From the NCBI GenBank assembly GCA_000092065.1, contig CP000596.1: DNA of 64,000 nt, one strand, 5' to 3'. The translations under genes were made by a program, and so were the position numbers. Under the pieces are notes generated by a model. The model was given only the letters and a program-made list of their open reading frames with translations, searched no databases and had not been told where the DNA came from. This DNA comes from Ostreococcus lucimarinus. Its lineage: Eukaryota. The first letter of the stretch is position 1. Every line of letters starts with the position of its first letter. Below, piece by piece: positions 42,088-51,873 of the stretch.

Positions 42088-42906
42088 GTGCCGGCGCTGG
42101 TGATGCGAAGCGTGGAGAACGCGCGGACGGCGTTAGACGATGGAAAGGTAGACACGGCGATAAAAATGATGAAGAGCACGGACGCGCTGTGCTCGAGGGT
42201 GGTGGCGCCGCCGACGGTGCACGGGATAGCGTTGAGGGTGCTCGCGGACGCGTACATGGAGAAGGCGGCGGGACGGACGGAGAGCGGGACGGTAGAGGCG
42301 AGCGAGAGCGGAGAGGACGCGGCGAAAGATAATGGTAAAGAAGAGGCGGAAGAGGAGTCTGATTACGTTGATTGCGCGAAGAGGACGCTGAAGAAGGCGC
42401 TCGATATTTGCAAGGTGCACGACGGGAAAGCCGGGATGCCTCGGTTTATGGTGCAGGATTTAGCCGGTCGCATGGGAGATCTCTACGCAGCGCAAGGGGA
42501 AATTTTTAGACAAGAAGGGAACTATAAAGAAGCGCTTCGCTCGCTTCGCCTGGGCATAGGAAAGTTTGAAGTGCTCGGGGCGAACGAGTTTGTCGGCGCC
42601 ACCTACAATCGCGTCGCGTACTGCTACATGGAGAAAGAGCAGTGGAAAGAGGCTCTGGAAGAGCTTCAAAACGCCGAGCGAATCGTGAACGGGGTCGAGG
42701 CCGAGTCCGCCATCTTGAGCACGACTTTCGCCTACCGAGGCGAGTGCTTAAAGAGACTCGATAAAATCCAACTCGCCCGCGCGGCGTTCGAAAGCGCTCT
42801 GAAATTCGGCATGGCGAGCGGTAACGAGGGCGTCGTCCGCGAGGCCGAAGAATTTCTAGCCCAAACCCAACAGCACAGCACCGTTGACGACTCTGCTTTC
42901 CTTTAA
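42088..42906 (+). CDS. TPR-like helical repeat protein
   Basis: Repeated 34-aa-like helical pairs with W/LG/Y/A/F/A/P-pattern residues (GDLYAAQGEIFRQEGNYKEALRSLRLGI; EALEELQNAERI). Confidence 0.45.
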   Translation: MPALVMRSVENARTALDDGKVDTAIKMMKSTDALCSRVVAPPTVHGIALRVLADAYMEKAAGRTESGTVEASESGEDAAKDNGKEEAEEESDYVDCAKRTLKKALDICKVHDGKAGMPRFMVQDLAGRMGDLYAAQGEIFRQEGNYKEALRSLRLGIGKFEVLGANEFVGATYNRVAYCYMEKEQWKEALEELQNAERIVNGVEAESAILSTTFAYRGECLKRLDKIQLARAAFESALKFGMASGNEGVVREAEEFLAQTQQHSTVDDSAFL

Positions 42907-43206
42907 CGGACGGCTGGGTGATTTTTCGGCGATTAGACGTCTCCGCCGCGTCTCGGCTCATGAGCGCGTCCCGAGCGTCCAAACCTCTTCTCACTCTTCG
43001 CCGCGCGACACTTGAAATTGACATAGCAGCGCAACATTCACTCGCGCCGCCGCTCGCGCGCCCCCCCGTCGCGCTTTCGCGGCGCCGTCGACGCCAGTCC
43101 TCGACGCTCGACGCTTCGTTCCCCACTTCCCCACCGCGCACTGTTTACCCATACGACATCGCGCCCTCGAAAATCTCGACGCCGACGCGAAAAAGCGCGC
43201 GATTGA

Positions 43207-46200
43207 TTGCATCCACGTCAGCACACGCCGGCGCGCGCGCCGCGGAGCGCCTCTCGACGCGCGCTCGACATGCGAGGCGCCGCAAAACTTCGATCCGATC
43301 GCGCCGACGTCGCGCGCCCGAGCTCGACGAGCGATCTCGCCGCGCGCGGCGCGCGACGGTCGACGAATCGCGACGATCCGAACGGCCTCGGCGCGTCGAC
43401 GACGGCGCGACGCGCGAGCGACGACGACGCGCGAGCGATGGCGCGATCGAAATCAACGCCGATCGACGCGCGACGGGAGCGAAGGATGAGCGCGGGCGCG
43501 CGAGACGCGAGGACGTGGCGAGCGTTCGCGCGGGGACGGGTGGACGGCACGGGGGTGCGGTTGAGCGCGCTGACGGTGTTGTTTTTGTCCTTCGTCGTGC
43601 TCACGGAGTGGATACGCGATCGCGAGGGAGAAAAGTTTAGCGCGTTTACGCCGAGGTTGATTCGGTCGAGACACGTGCTGGACGTGACGACCGGGGAACG
43701 GGTGATGATGACGGAGGAACGCGCGCGAGGGAGCGGATTGAACGCGGGGAACGCGAGCGGAGCGGCGGCGGCGAATTTGCGAACGTACATGGATCACGGC
43801 GTGGTGCGACTGGAGGCAGAGGTGTGTGGATCGACGTCGCTGATGGCGCTCACGGTGTTCGCGGTGTGCGCGAGCATTGGGTTGAACGATATCATGTGGA
43901 CGGCGTCGAGACAGAGGCGAAGAGTGAGTTCGACGGTTATGTACATCACGATTATCGCGTGTTACACGCACTATTTGATGGTTCAAGGGTCGGATTTGCT
44001 CATGAAGAGCATTGAAGGGACGTACTACTCGCTGTTGCGATATTTGGAGTGGATTTTCACGACGCCCGTGCTGCTGATTTTGGTGTTTCAACTTCACGCT
44101 CTCGTCGTCGGCGGAGCAAAGTCGAGATTTCGCACGGAAATGTACGCCATCTGCGTCGCGGATGAAATCATGCTCATCACCGGCATGCTGGTGAATGAAA
44201 TGAACGGCACGGTGCGAGGTATGCTTCTCACCGTGTCAATCGGTTGCTTCATGTACGTCATCACTACGTGCATTCAACTCTTTCGCGAGGTGCTCGCGAA
44301 CGAGCTCACCAAGGGCGATCGCACGAGATTTGTCATCCTCGCCATCGCCAAGACGGTGTGCTGGACGTCGTTCCCCTTGGTCTTCATGGCAAAAGAGCTG
44401 AACTACATCGATACGAGCGCCGAACACGAGTGGTTTTTGAGTTGTGACGTGTTGACCAAGGCGGCGTACTGCCTATTGCTCTCCGCCGGGAACATTCGCG
44501 TCCTCGACGCCGCTCGTGACGAAGAGATGGCTGACATCGAGCGCTTGACCAAAATGCAGCGAGATTTCTTCTTCAACATCACTCACGAATTGCGCATGCC
44601 TCTGAACTCCGTGATAGGCTTCAACACCTTGGCGGTGGAATCCGGTGAGTTGACGGATGTCGCCGACGGCTTTATCAAAAATTCCCTCACCTCAGCCGAG
44701 GCGTTGCTCGGGTTGATTAATCAAGTCCTGGACTACGCCAAGTTCAACCGCAAGGGCGCCGAAGTCGACCAGGCGCATGGGCTAGAGCTGACCAACGACG
44801 ATTTCACCATCGAAGAGCTCATAGATCAAACTTTGAGCATCTCTCAGCGTCAAGACTACACTGGAAACGTCTTCGTGCGCATCGATCCGAGCTTGTTTCG
44901 CATGACGTACAAGAGTGACTTTTTCCGTTTGCGTCAATGTCTTGTGAACGTCGTGAACAACGCGTTGAAGTTTTCCAGTAATCTCGATCGATCAGGGAAC
45001 GTCATAATCGATGTTCGCGGCTATCTCGAGGAGCAGGAGGCGCGCCTGACGTTTTCCGTCGAGGACAACGGTGTGGGCATTCCGGAAGAGAAACAGAGCG
45101 CTGTCTTCGTGCCGTTCAGCCAGCAGTCCGACTACTCCGCGCTCCGTGTGCAAGGCACCGGTCTCGGTCTTACTATCACGAAGACTATCATCGAGCTCAT
45201 GGGAGGCGTTATCGACTTCACGTCTCGAGAAGACGTCGGCACAAAGTTCAACATCACGCTTCCGCTCGGGTACAAGGCGACGGAGAAACAACACACGGCG
45301 CCGCGAGACTTGAAGGTGCTCATCGGGCTTCGCCCTGGCTTGCAAATGCGCACCGTTCGAAATATTTTAGCGTGCTATCAAGTTAACGTGCAAGATATGC
45401 TCGAAGTTGGTCTCGAAGACGCTCAGGATCGCGAACAAGTGGAGCATTACGTGCGACACTCGCACAAGGCAAACAGACCCGCGGTGTTGTGCATCGAAGA
45501 AGAGCAGTATTTCGCACACGAAAGCTGGTTGAATTCGATCGATCCCGAACCTCACATCTTGATCATATCCAAGTCTTCGAGAATGAAAGACTTGCCGCAT
45601 TCCGCGTGTAAGCGAGCCATCATGAAGCCGATAGCGATGTCAGCGTTCATCGAGACGCTCGAATACCTCGCGGCGGACGCGAAGAACGGCGAAGTCGACG
45701 AGAACGCGATGAGAACACGCGGTCTCGGAGGGAGAGACGAGAGCACTTCGAGTCTCGCTGAAAACTCTATGATGAGAAGTGAGAGAACTTCAAGTGACTC
45801 CAAACGTGCGCCCAAGTCTAGCGCAGAGCAGCCTGACATCGACATCAGCTCCATGCGCGTGCTCCTCGTCGAAGACAACAGGCTGAATCAGCAAGTGGCG
45901 ATTCACTCGATGAAAAGATGTAACGTATTCGTCGATGTCGCTGAGAATGGTTTGATCGCGACGCACAAAGTCGAAGACACCATTCGTGGGAACTCCAAAC
46001 CTTACGACGTCATTTTCATGGACATGATGATGCCCGTGATGGATGGAAACGACGCGACGAGGCGAATTCGCGAGATGGAACAAAGCGCCCCGCCTGGGTA
46101 CAAGCGTAATCTGATCGTCGCCTTGAGCGCAAACGTCGGACCCGAGCATACACTTGCGGTCACGGAAGCTGGATGTGATGGTTCACTCGGGAAACCATTC

Positions 46201-46302
46201 TACCCGAGCACGTTGCGCTCGCTTTTGTATTCCATCTTTCTCGACGAATACGAAGGCTTCGAGGGTGAGACGATGAACACGGCGTCGAGGCCCGGACACT
46301 GA
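43207..46302 (+). CDS. Histidine-kinase rhodopsin (HKR): microbial (type-I) rhodopsin 7TM fused to HisKA, HATPase_c and response-regulator receiver domains
   Basis: The rhodopsin helix C is RYLEWIFTTPVLLIL (BR RYADWLFTTPLLLL; Glu at the D85 position, Leu at the D96 position). Helix F has CWTSFPLVF. Helix G has the retinal lysine in SCDVLTKAAYCLL (BR DVSAKVGF). The H-box is FFFNITHELRMPLNSVIGF. The N/G boxes are NNALKFS...VEDNGVGIPEE...GTGLGLTITKTIIELMGG. The REC domain is MRVLLVEDNRLNQ...YDVIFMDMMMPVMDG...LSANV. No cyclase domain follows. The start is uncertain (ATG 43207, 43438 or 43486). Confidence 0.85.
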   Translation: MHPRQHTPARAPRSASRRALDMRGAAKLRSDRADVARPSSTSDLAARGARRSTNRDDPNGLGASTTARRASDDDARAMARSKSTPIDARRERRMSAGARDARTWRAFARGRVDGTGVRLSALTVLFLSFVVLTEWIRDREGEKFSAFTPRLIRSRHVLDVTTGERVMMTEERARGSGLNAGNASGAAAANLRTYMDHGVVRLEAEVCGSTSLMALTVFAVCASIGLNDIMWTASRQRRRVSSTVMYITIIACYTHYLMVQGSDLLMKSIEGTYYSLLRYLEWIFTTPVLLILVFQLHALVVGGAKSRFRTEMYAICVADEIMLITGMLVNEMNGTVRGMLLTVSIGCFMYVITTCIQLFREVLANELTKGDRTRFVILAIAKTVCWTSFPLVFMAKELNYIDTSAEHEWFLSCDVLTKAAYCLLLSAGNIRVLDAARDEEMADIERLTKMQRDFFFNITHELRMPLNSVIGFNTLAVESGELTDVADGFIKNSLTSAEALLGLINQVLDYAKFNRKGAEVDQAHGLELTNDDFTIEELIDQTLSISQRQDYTGNVFVRIDPSLFRMTYKSDFFRLRQCLVNVVNNALKFSSNLDRSGNVIIDVRGYLEEQEARLTFSVEDNGVGIPEEKQSAVFVPFSQQSDYSALRVQGTGLGLTITKTIIELMGGVIDFTSREDVGTKFNITLPLGYKATEKQHTAPRDLKVLIGLRPGLQMRTVRNILACYQVNVQDMLEVGLEDAQDREQVEHYVRHSHKANRPAVLCIEEEQYFAHESWLNSIDPEPHILIISKSSRMKDLPHSACKRAIMKPIAMSAFIETLEYLAADAKNGEVDENAMRTRGLGGRDESTSSLAENSMMRSERTSSDSKRAPKSSAEQPDIDISSMRVLLVEDNRLNQQVAIHSMKRCNVFVDVAENGLIATHKVEDTIRGNSKPYDVIFMDMMMPVMDGNDATRRIREMEQSAPPGYKRNLIVALSANVGPEHTLAVTEAGCDGSLGKPFYPSTLRSLLYSIFLDEYEGFEGETMNTASRPGH

Positions 46303-46414
46303 AAACGTGATCCGTGCGATGCAACTACTACTACTGTACAGTATAACTATTATAACGAACGTGACGCCCCCCGCGCGCGCGCGCGGGAAATTTTGTAACG
46401 AAGCTTGTATCACG

Positions 46415-47353
46415 TCACGTCGCGCTTCCTTCTCGTAGGCGCTCTTCGACCGCGTCCATCGCCGCGGCGTCGAACCCCAAAATCTCGTACCACATTTTCC
46501 CATTCGCAGACTTCAAGTCTTTTTCACACTTCAAATTGACGCTCGCGCGGCGCACTGCCGCCGCCGCGATCGTCGGCGCCTCCTCTTCCCCCACGGGCTC
46601 CGCCGTCGCGAAGAGGGCATCCAACAGCGTCGCGCTCGCCGCGCACGCCAATTCCCTACTACCTCCGATCACATGTACGATGTGAAACATGTACACGTGC
46701 GGTTGCGCCGTGTTCAACTCATATTCCATCGCGCGAAGCATCTCTTGCTCCAAAACTAAGATTCGATCCTTGTACGCGTAATACAACGCCCCCGTCGCCG
46801 CGTTCATCGCGTCGCCGTCGCGCGCCGCGTTCATCGCCTCCGCACCCTCATCTCCCGCCCCACGACCCACGACCGCGTACCCAGCCAGCATTTCACCCTC
46901 CGCCCGTTCTCTCGCGTCCGCCTCGCTCAACCGCACGTCCGCGCGATCATCCAGCGCCACCGTTCCGTCCTCGCCGTCGAGCGTCGCCGCCGTCGCCGCC
47001 ACGACGTCCGCCAACCGCACCACCGACTCCTCCAGCTTACACGCCAGGTAGATCCCCGCCTGCACGACCAATTCGGGCGAGACTTTCGCGCGCTTCCGCG
47101 CCTCGTCCTCGCTCGCGCGCTCGATCGCGTCGCGCCGTTTATAAAACTTTAAAACGTTCGCCAGCGCCGTCACCGCGGTGTCGATCGGGAGGTTCAGCAG
47201 CTCGCACGCGCGCCGACACAGCGCGCGCGCCTGCGCGTTGCGACGCGCGCGACGCGCGTCGTCGCCGTCGCTCGACGCGACCGGCGCGCGGGACATGCGT
47301 CGCGGTGTGCGGAGATCAATCGACGTTCTAAATTTATGGCGCGACGTCGTCAT
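46415..47353 (-). CDS. Transcription-type cyclin (cyclin L/K/T-like, two cyclin folds)
   Basis: LCRRACELLNLPIDTAVTALANVLKFYKRRD...VVQAGIYLACKLEE is cyclin-box helix 1-3. The second fold is ILVLEQEMLRAMEYEL...AAAAVRRASVNL. The start is taken at the ATG at 47353 because the longer ORF (to 47506) would abut the divergent gene's ATG. Confidence 0.6.
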   Translation of the reverse strand: MTTSRHKFRTSIDLRTPRRMSRAPVASSDGDDARRARRNAQARALCRRACELLNLPIDTAVTALANVLKFYKRRDAIERASEDEARKRAKVSPELVVQAGIYLACKLEESVVRLADVVAATAATLDGEDGTVALDDRADVRLSEADARERAEGEMLAGYAVVGRGAGDEGAEAMNAARDGDAMNAATGALYYAYKDRILVLEQEMLRAMEYELNTAQPHVYMFHIVHVIGGSRELACAASATLLDALFATAEPVGEEEAPTIAAAAVRRASVNLKCEKDLKSANGKMWYEILGFDAAAMDAVEERLREGSAT

Positions 47354-47504
47354 CGCGCGACGCGACGCGTTTTCGGCGCGGTCCCGTCGCGGCCGTCGAC
47401 GCGGCGCGCGACGCGACGCGCGCGACGACGCGCGAGGCGGTTCGCGAGGACGCGCGGACGCGCGAACGCGCCGGAAACGCGTCGCGACGGTTCGTTTGAG
47501 CGTC

Positions 47505-48359
47505 ATGGGGAGCGATTACGCGCGACGCGTGCGGCGCGCTCGCGCGCTCGCGCGCGATCCCACGACGGCGCGCGACGCGCTGAGGGCGTTTTGCGCGTCC
47601 GACGCGAGCGCGGTCGGCGCGGTCGCGACGTTGGCCACGGCTGGGGCGAGCGGGTGCGGGAAAACGGCGCTCGTGCGGCGATTCTTCGCCGAGTCGCGGC
47701 GTCGACGCGGATGCGCGAACGCGGACGCGAGCGAGGATCGGCGCGCGACGCGGACGATCGGGATGGATTTCGGCGTGATGTCGTGCGCGCTCGAGCGCTC
47801 GGACGGCGACGAGGACGGTGGCGAAGCGCGCGCGCCGGCGCGCGCGCGCGGACGGTTTTTCGATCCGAGCGGCGCCGCGGCGCACGCGGCGTGTCGCGCC
47901 GCGGCGTACAGACGCGCCGACGGCGTCGTCTACGTCCTCGATCAGACGCTCGGAGACGTCGACGCGCGAGCCATCGAGCGCGGGCTTCGCGAGATCGTCG
48001 ACGCGCGGCGCGGCGAGACGCGCGGCGTCGTCCGCGTGCTCTTCGCGACGCGTCGGCGCTCGGGCGTCGACCGAATCGACGCCGCGACGACCGTCGACCG
48101 TCGCGCGCGAAAGCCGAGACCGACGCCGCGAGACGATCCATTCGCGCTGCTGCGCGACGTCAAAGCCGCGTGCGCGGCGGTGCTGACGACGAATCCGCTC
48201 GACGTCGCCTTCGTCCTCGTCGAGCCGCCGCGCGGGGCGTCGCTCGCGCGCGCGCTCGATTCGCTCCGCCATCTGACCCTCGTCGAAGTCGACGCTCGCG
48301 CTGGAACCGGCGTCGTCGACGCTTTTCACGCGTTATTCGCCGTCGCGCGGCGCGAGTGA
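47505..48359 (+). CDS. Degenerate Rab-like small GTPase, closest to IFT22/RABL5
   Basis: The P-loop is GASGCGKTAL (GxxxxGKT). A switch-I-like TIGMDFGV is present. FDPSG replaces WDTAGQ. ADGVVYVLD matches DAHGVVIVFN of IFT22. The NKxD motif is absent (LFATRRR), suggesting altered or no nucleotide specificity. Confidence 0.45.
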   Translation: MGSDYARRVRRARALARDPTTARDALRAFCASDASAVGAVATLATAGASGCGKTALVRRFFAESRRRRGCANADASEDRRATRTIGMDFGVMSCALERSDGDEDGGEARAPARARGRFFDPSGAAAHAACRAAAYRRADGVVYVLDQTLGDVDARAIERGLREIVDARRGETRGVVRVLFATRRRSGVDRIDAATTVDRRARKPRPTPRDDPFALLRDVKAACAAVLTTNPLDVAFVLVEPPRGASLARALDSLRHLTLVEVDARAGTGVVDAFHALFAVARRE

Positions 48360-48587
48360 CGCGCGCCGTCATCGCGCGTCTTCGTCTTCGTCGTCGTCGC
48401 CGCCGCGTCCCGCACACCTCGCCGCCCTATCCGCGATGTTCGCCGTCTCGACGTCCACCGTTGCCCTCCGCGCGCCCGCGCGATTCACCGTCAAGGTGCG
48501 TTTAGAGCGCAGACGGCGCGTTCGCGCGCGCAGAGCGCGTTCGCGCGCCGTCGCGGCGACGAACGCGAGCGATCACGCGGCAATGAC

Positions 48588-49001
48588 GTGTCCCGCTGTC
48601 GCGACGAAAGACTGACGAACGACGCGCGCGCGCGATGGATCGAGCAGCGAAGCGCGCGAGGCAACGCGCAGACGCGCGCGCTGTTTGGGAAGAAACCCGC
48701 GGCCGAGGCCGAGAGCGCGCCGGCGACGAAGAGCCGGTTCAAAGCCAAGGCGAAACCCGCGGCGGCGGCGAAAGCCGTCCCGGGCGAGCCGTACTACGTG
48801 GACGGTAAATTGTGGGTGTGCCAAGGGTGTGGATACGTCTACGACGGCTCGAAGGGGGCGTGGGCGGAGGGGAAGCGATGCCCGGCGTGCGGTGAGCGAC
48901 GATTCGCGCTGAAGTCGCCGCAGGAATTGCAAACGGCGATTTACGCCCTCGCGGCGTCGGTGGCGCTCATCGGCTTGCTCTTCATCATTCCCCGATTGTG
49001 A
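48588..49001 (+). CDS. Membrane-anchored rubredoxin (RBD1/RubA-like), probably thylakoid
   Basis: WVCQGCGYVYDG...RCPACG is a rubredoxin Fe(Cys)4 knuckle pair. The C-terminal TM helix is AIYALAASVALIGLLFIIP. Confidence 0.65.
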   Translation: MSRCRDERLTNDARARWIEQRSARGNAQTRALFGKKPAAEAESAPATKSRFKAKAKPAAAAKAVPGEPYYVDGKLWVCQGCGYVYDGSKGAWAEGKRCPACGERRFALKSPQELQTAIYALAASVALIGLLFIIPRL

Positions 49002-49118
49002 TGACGCGCGCGGTGGGGTGGGATGATAACATCGCGCGCGCGGCGAGTCGGTCGGTCGGTCGGTCGGCGCGCCACGCGATTAATTTTTTATGACTATCAA
49101 TCGATGAAACAAAACTTT

Positions 49119-49997
49119 TCACTCTCGCGGCGGCTCGCCGAATGGCTTTAAAATCCCTCGCGCGAACGCTTGCTCGAGCGCGAGCGCGGCGAAGGCGTAC
49201 GTCAGCACGCCTTGACCCGCTAAGAGCGCCGCTTGCGCGTACGTCGCGAAATCGGCGTCGCCGTTCAGAGACGCGGCGCGTAGATAGACGTCGGCGGCGC
49301 TCAAACCGCGCGCCAATCCAAACGCGCCGACGACGCCACCCTTGAGCTCGTTATTCCCCAGATCTCGTCTCACAGCGTACCGATACGTGACCCCGAACAC
49401 CGCGCACGACACGGCGACGATGCCGATGGACACCAAGCCGCCGCCCTGCGACACAATCAAAGGCGTCGCCAATAAAGCGCCCGACGCGCCGCCGACGGCG
49501 GCTGACTTCGCGCTCTCCGCCTTCTCCGCCGCCTCATCGATCGACGTCCCGTCCGCCCACTTATCGCCCGCACCGTTCCCACCAGACGCGTCTTCTTTCG
49601 CTAATTCCTCCCGCAACGCCGCGCGTTCGGCGTCCAACGCCCGCATCTTCGCCTCGGCGCGCTCCACCGCGTCTCGCTTCAACGCCAGCGTCTCCTCCGC
49701 CGCGCGCTCCGCCTTCGACTGACTCGCTTCCGTCTTCATCTGCACCTCCTCAAACGTCGTTCGCACGCGCTCTCGCTCCATCTGTTCAACCTTTTCGATC
49801 TCCCGCGCCGCGACGTCGCGCGCGTCCCGCCCCGCCCGCTCCGCCTCCGCCCGCACGCTCGCGTCGCTCGCCATCATCGCCTCGATCTCCCGCGCCGTTC
49901 GCGCCTCGAGCGTTTCGATCGACGCGTCGATCGCGCGCGCGACCTCGTCCTCGCTCGCGTCGTCCAGCGCGCGCGCGCGCGTCGCGCGTCGCCGTCG

Positions 49998-50029
<32 letters not shown>

Positions 50030-50099
50030 CGCGCGCGCCGGACGACGACGCGACGCGCGCGCGCGCGATCGCGACGCGCGCCATCGTCGTCGTCGTCAT
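49119..50099 (-). CDS. Coiled-coil protein with a C-terminal Gly/Ala-rich membrane region, unknown function
   Basis: The N-terminal half is E/R/A coiled coil. The C-terminus has two hydrophobic segments (LLATPLIVSQGGGLVSIGIVAVSCAVFGV and GVLTYAFAALAL). Confidence 0.4.
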
Positions 50100-50587
50100 C
50101 TCGTCGTCGCGCGTCGTCGGCGCGCGCGCGCGTGCGCGGTGTCGCCGACGCCGACGCGCGCGCCCGCGACGCGCGCGTGGTCATTAATATAATCTGTTTC
50201 ATTAGCGCTAGTGGGACATTTTCGTTAGTTGTGTGGGTAAACAGTAGCGGCAGGCGAGATGGAAAAAAGGGACTCGACGGTTCGTGATTCGAGAGGTGGC
50301 TTTTGGAGCGGTATTATTATTTTTGTCCGCGCTTGAAGAACGGAAAAAAATGCACAAAAAAAAGTCTCGTCGCGTTTTTTGTTTTTTGTCCATCTACCGT
50401 AAAGTGAATGTTAAATACGTAACCTCGTTTGAGTCCGCGTTAAGTAGTTTGGGTCCGTTTAGTGGTATATTTTATTTCGGATCCGCCCTCGGTGGTCACC
50501 CGTCGCGGCGTAGACCCTCGTCGATGCGATGCGGCCGCCGATCGCGGGCGCGCGCGTCTCGCGCTCCGTCTCTACGCGACGCGCGTG

Positions 50588-51643
50588 TTTAGGCAACATG
50601 GCCCGTGGCCTCAAAAAGCATTTGAAGCGTCTCAATGCGCCCAAGCACTGGATGCTCGACAAGCTCGGCGGCGTCTTCGCCCCGAAACCGTCGCCCGGTG
50701 CGTGTCGCGCGAAGGGTTTCGCGCGCGCGGGACGATGGGCGACGCGCGCGCCTCGCGAGCGCGCGATGACGCGCGATCGAGATCGCGATCGACGCGAGCG
50801 ATATCTCGTCGACCGTCACTGACCGTTCGTTCGACGTCGCGATCGCGCGCAGGTCCGCACAAGTCGCGCGAGTGCTTGCCGCTGTGCCTCATCCTTCGCA
50901 ACCGCTTGAAGTACGCGCTGACGTACAAGGAAGTGACGACGATTCTCATGCAGCGCGTGGTGAAGGTGGACGGGAAGATTCGCATGGATAAGTGCTACCC
51001 GTGCGGGATCATGGGTGCGTGGATCGAGGCGACGCGACGCGAACGACGCGCGAATTTCAGCGATCTCGACTCTTGGCTTAGGGCTTGCGCGACGCGCGAG
51101 ACGCCGGACGACTGACGAAGGACGACGACTTTGACTTTGACAGACGTCGTGAGCATCGAAAAGAGCGATGAACACTTCCGATTGATTTACGATAACAAGG
51201 GACGATTCGTCGTGCACCGCATCGAAGCCATCGAGGCGCAATACAAGCTGTGCAAGGTGAAGAGCAAAAAGCTCGGGGATAAGGGCGTGCCGTGCGTCGG
51301 CTTGCACGACGGACGCACGATTCGATACCCCGATCCGCTCATCAAGGAGGGTGACTCCGTCATGGTTGACATCGCGACGAACAAGATTACCGATTTCGTC
51401 AAGTTTGACGTCGGTGCGTTGTGCATGATCACGGGCGGCCGCAACGCCGGTCGCGTCGGGGTGATTCAACGCCGCGAAAAGCACATCGGAAGCTTTGAAA
51501 TCGTGCACTTGAAGGATGCCGCGGGTCAAGAGTTTGCGACGCGCGCGACGAACGTGTTCGCGATCGGCACCGGGAGCAAGCCGATGATTTCTTTGCCCAA
51601 GGGTAAGGGTATCAAGCTCTCCATCGTCGACGAGCGCCACTAG
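50588..51643 (+). CDS. RPS4: 40S ribosomal protein S4 (eS4), three exons
   Basis: Exons are 50588..50687, 50853..51014 and 51144..51643. Both introns have GTGCGT donors, CTGAC branch points and CAG acceptors. The spliced product reads [34 protein letters not shown]|[10 protein letters not shown]...CGIM|[22 protein letters not shown]...[14 protein letters not shown], which is colinear with eS4. Confidence 0.9.
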
Positions 51644-51873
51644 GCGCCGAGACGACGCTCGAGCGGCGATTCTCGAAGTCGCGTTCGCGTCCGATGATTT
51701 CGTCCGACGCATCGTCCGACGCATCTATCTCGACCGTCTGTCCGTCTGTCTTCGATCACCACCTTAAGCGCTTCGTGCGAGGATCCAATAGCCCGGTAGA
51801 TTTGTGATTTTCTTCAAGCCGAACCGCACAACAAAAGACGTTATTTTTTGCCACGACCGCGGGCGTCGAATGC

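Noticed and set aside
47334-48505. Four mutually overlapping ORFs (389, 331, 212 and 122 aa) over the Rab-like GTPase gene
   Set aside because: Only the frame encoding the P-loop/switch motifs shows protein-like composition. The others are Arg/Ala/Pro repeats.
50208-50587. AT-rich patch upstream of RPS4 as a possible small RNA gene (snRNA/snoRNA)
   Set aside because: No match to U6 or other snRNA consensus that I can recall, and no obvious C/D or H/ACA boxes. It is more simply explained as the RPS4 promoter/5'-UTR together with the 3'-UTR of the upstream minus-strand gene.
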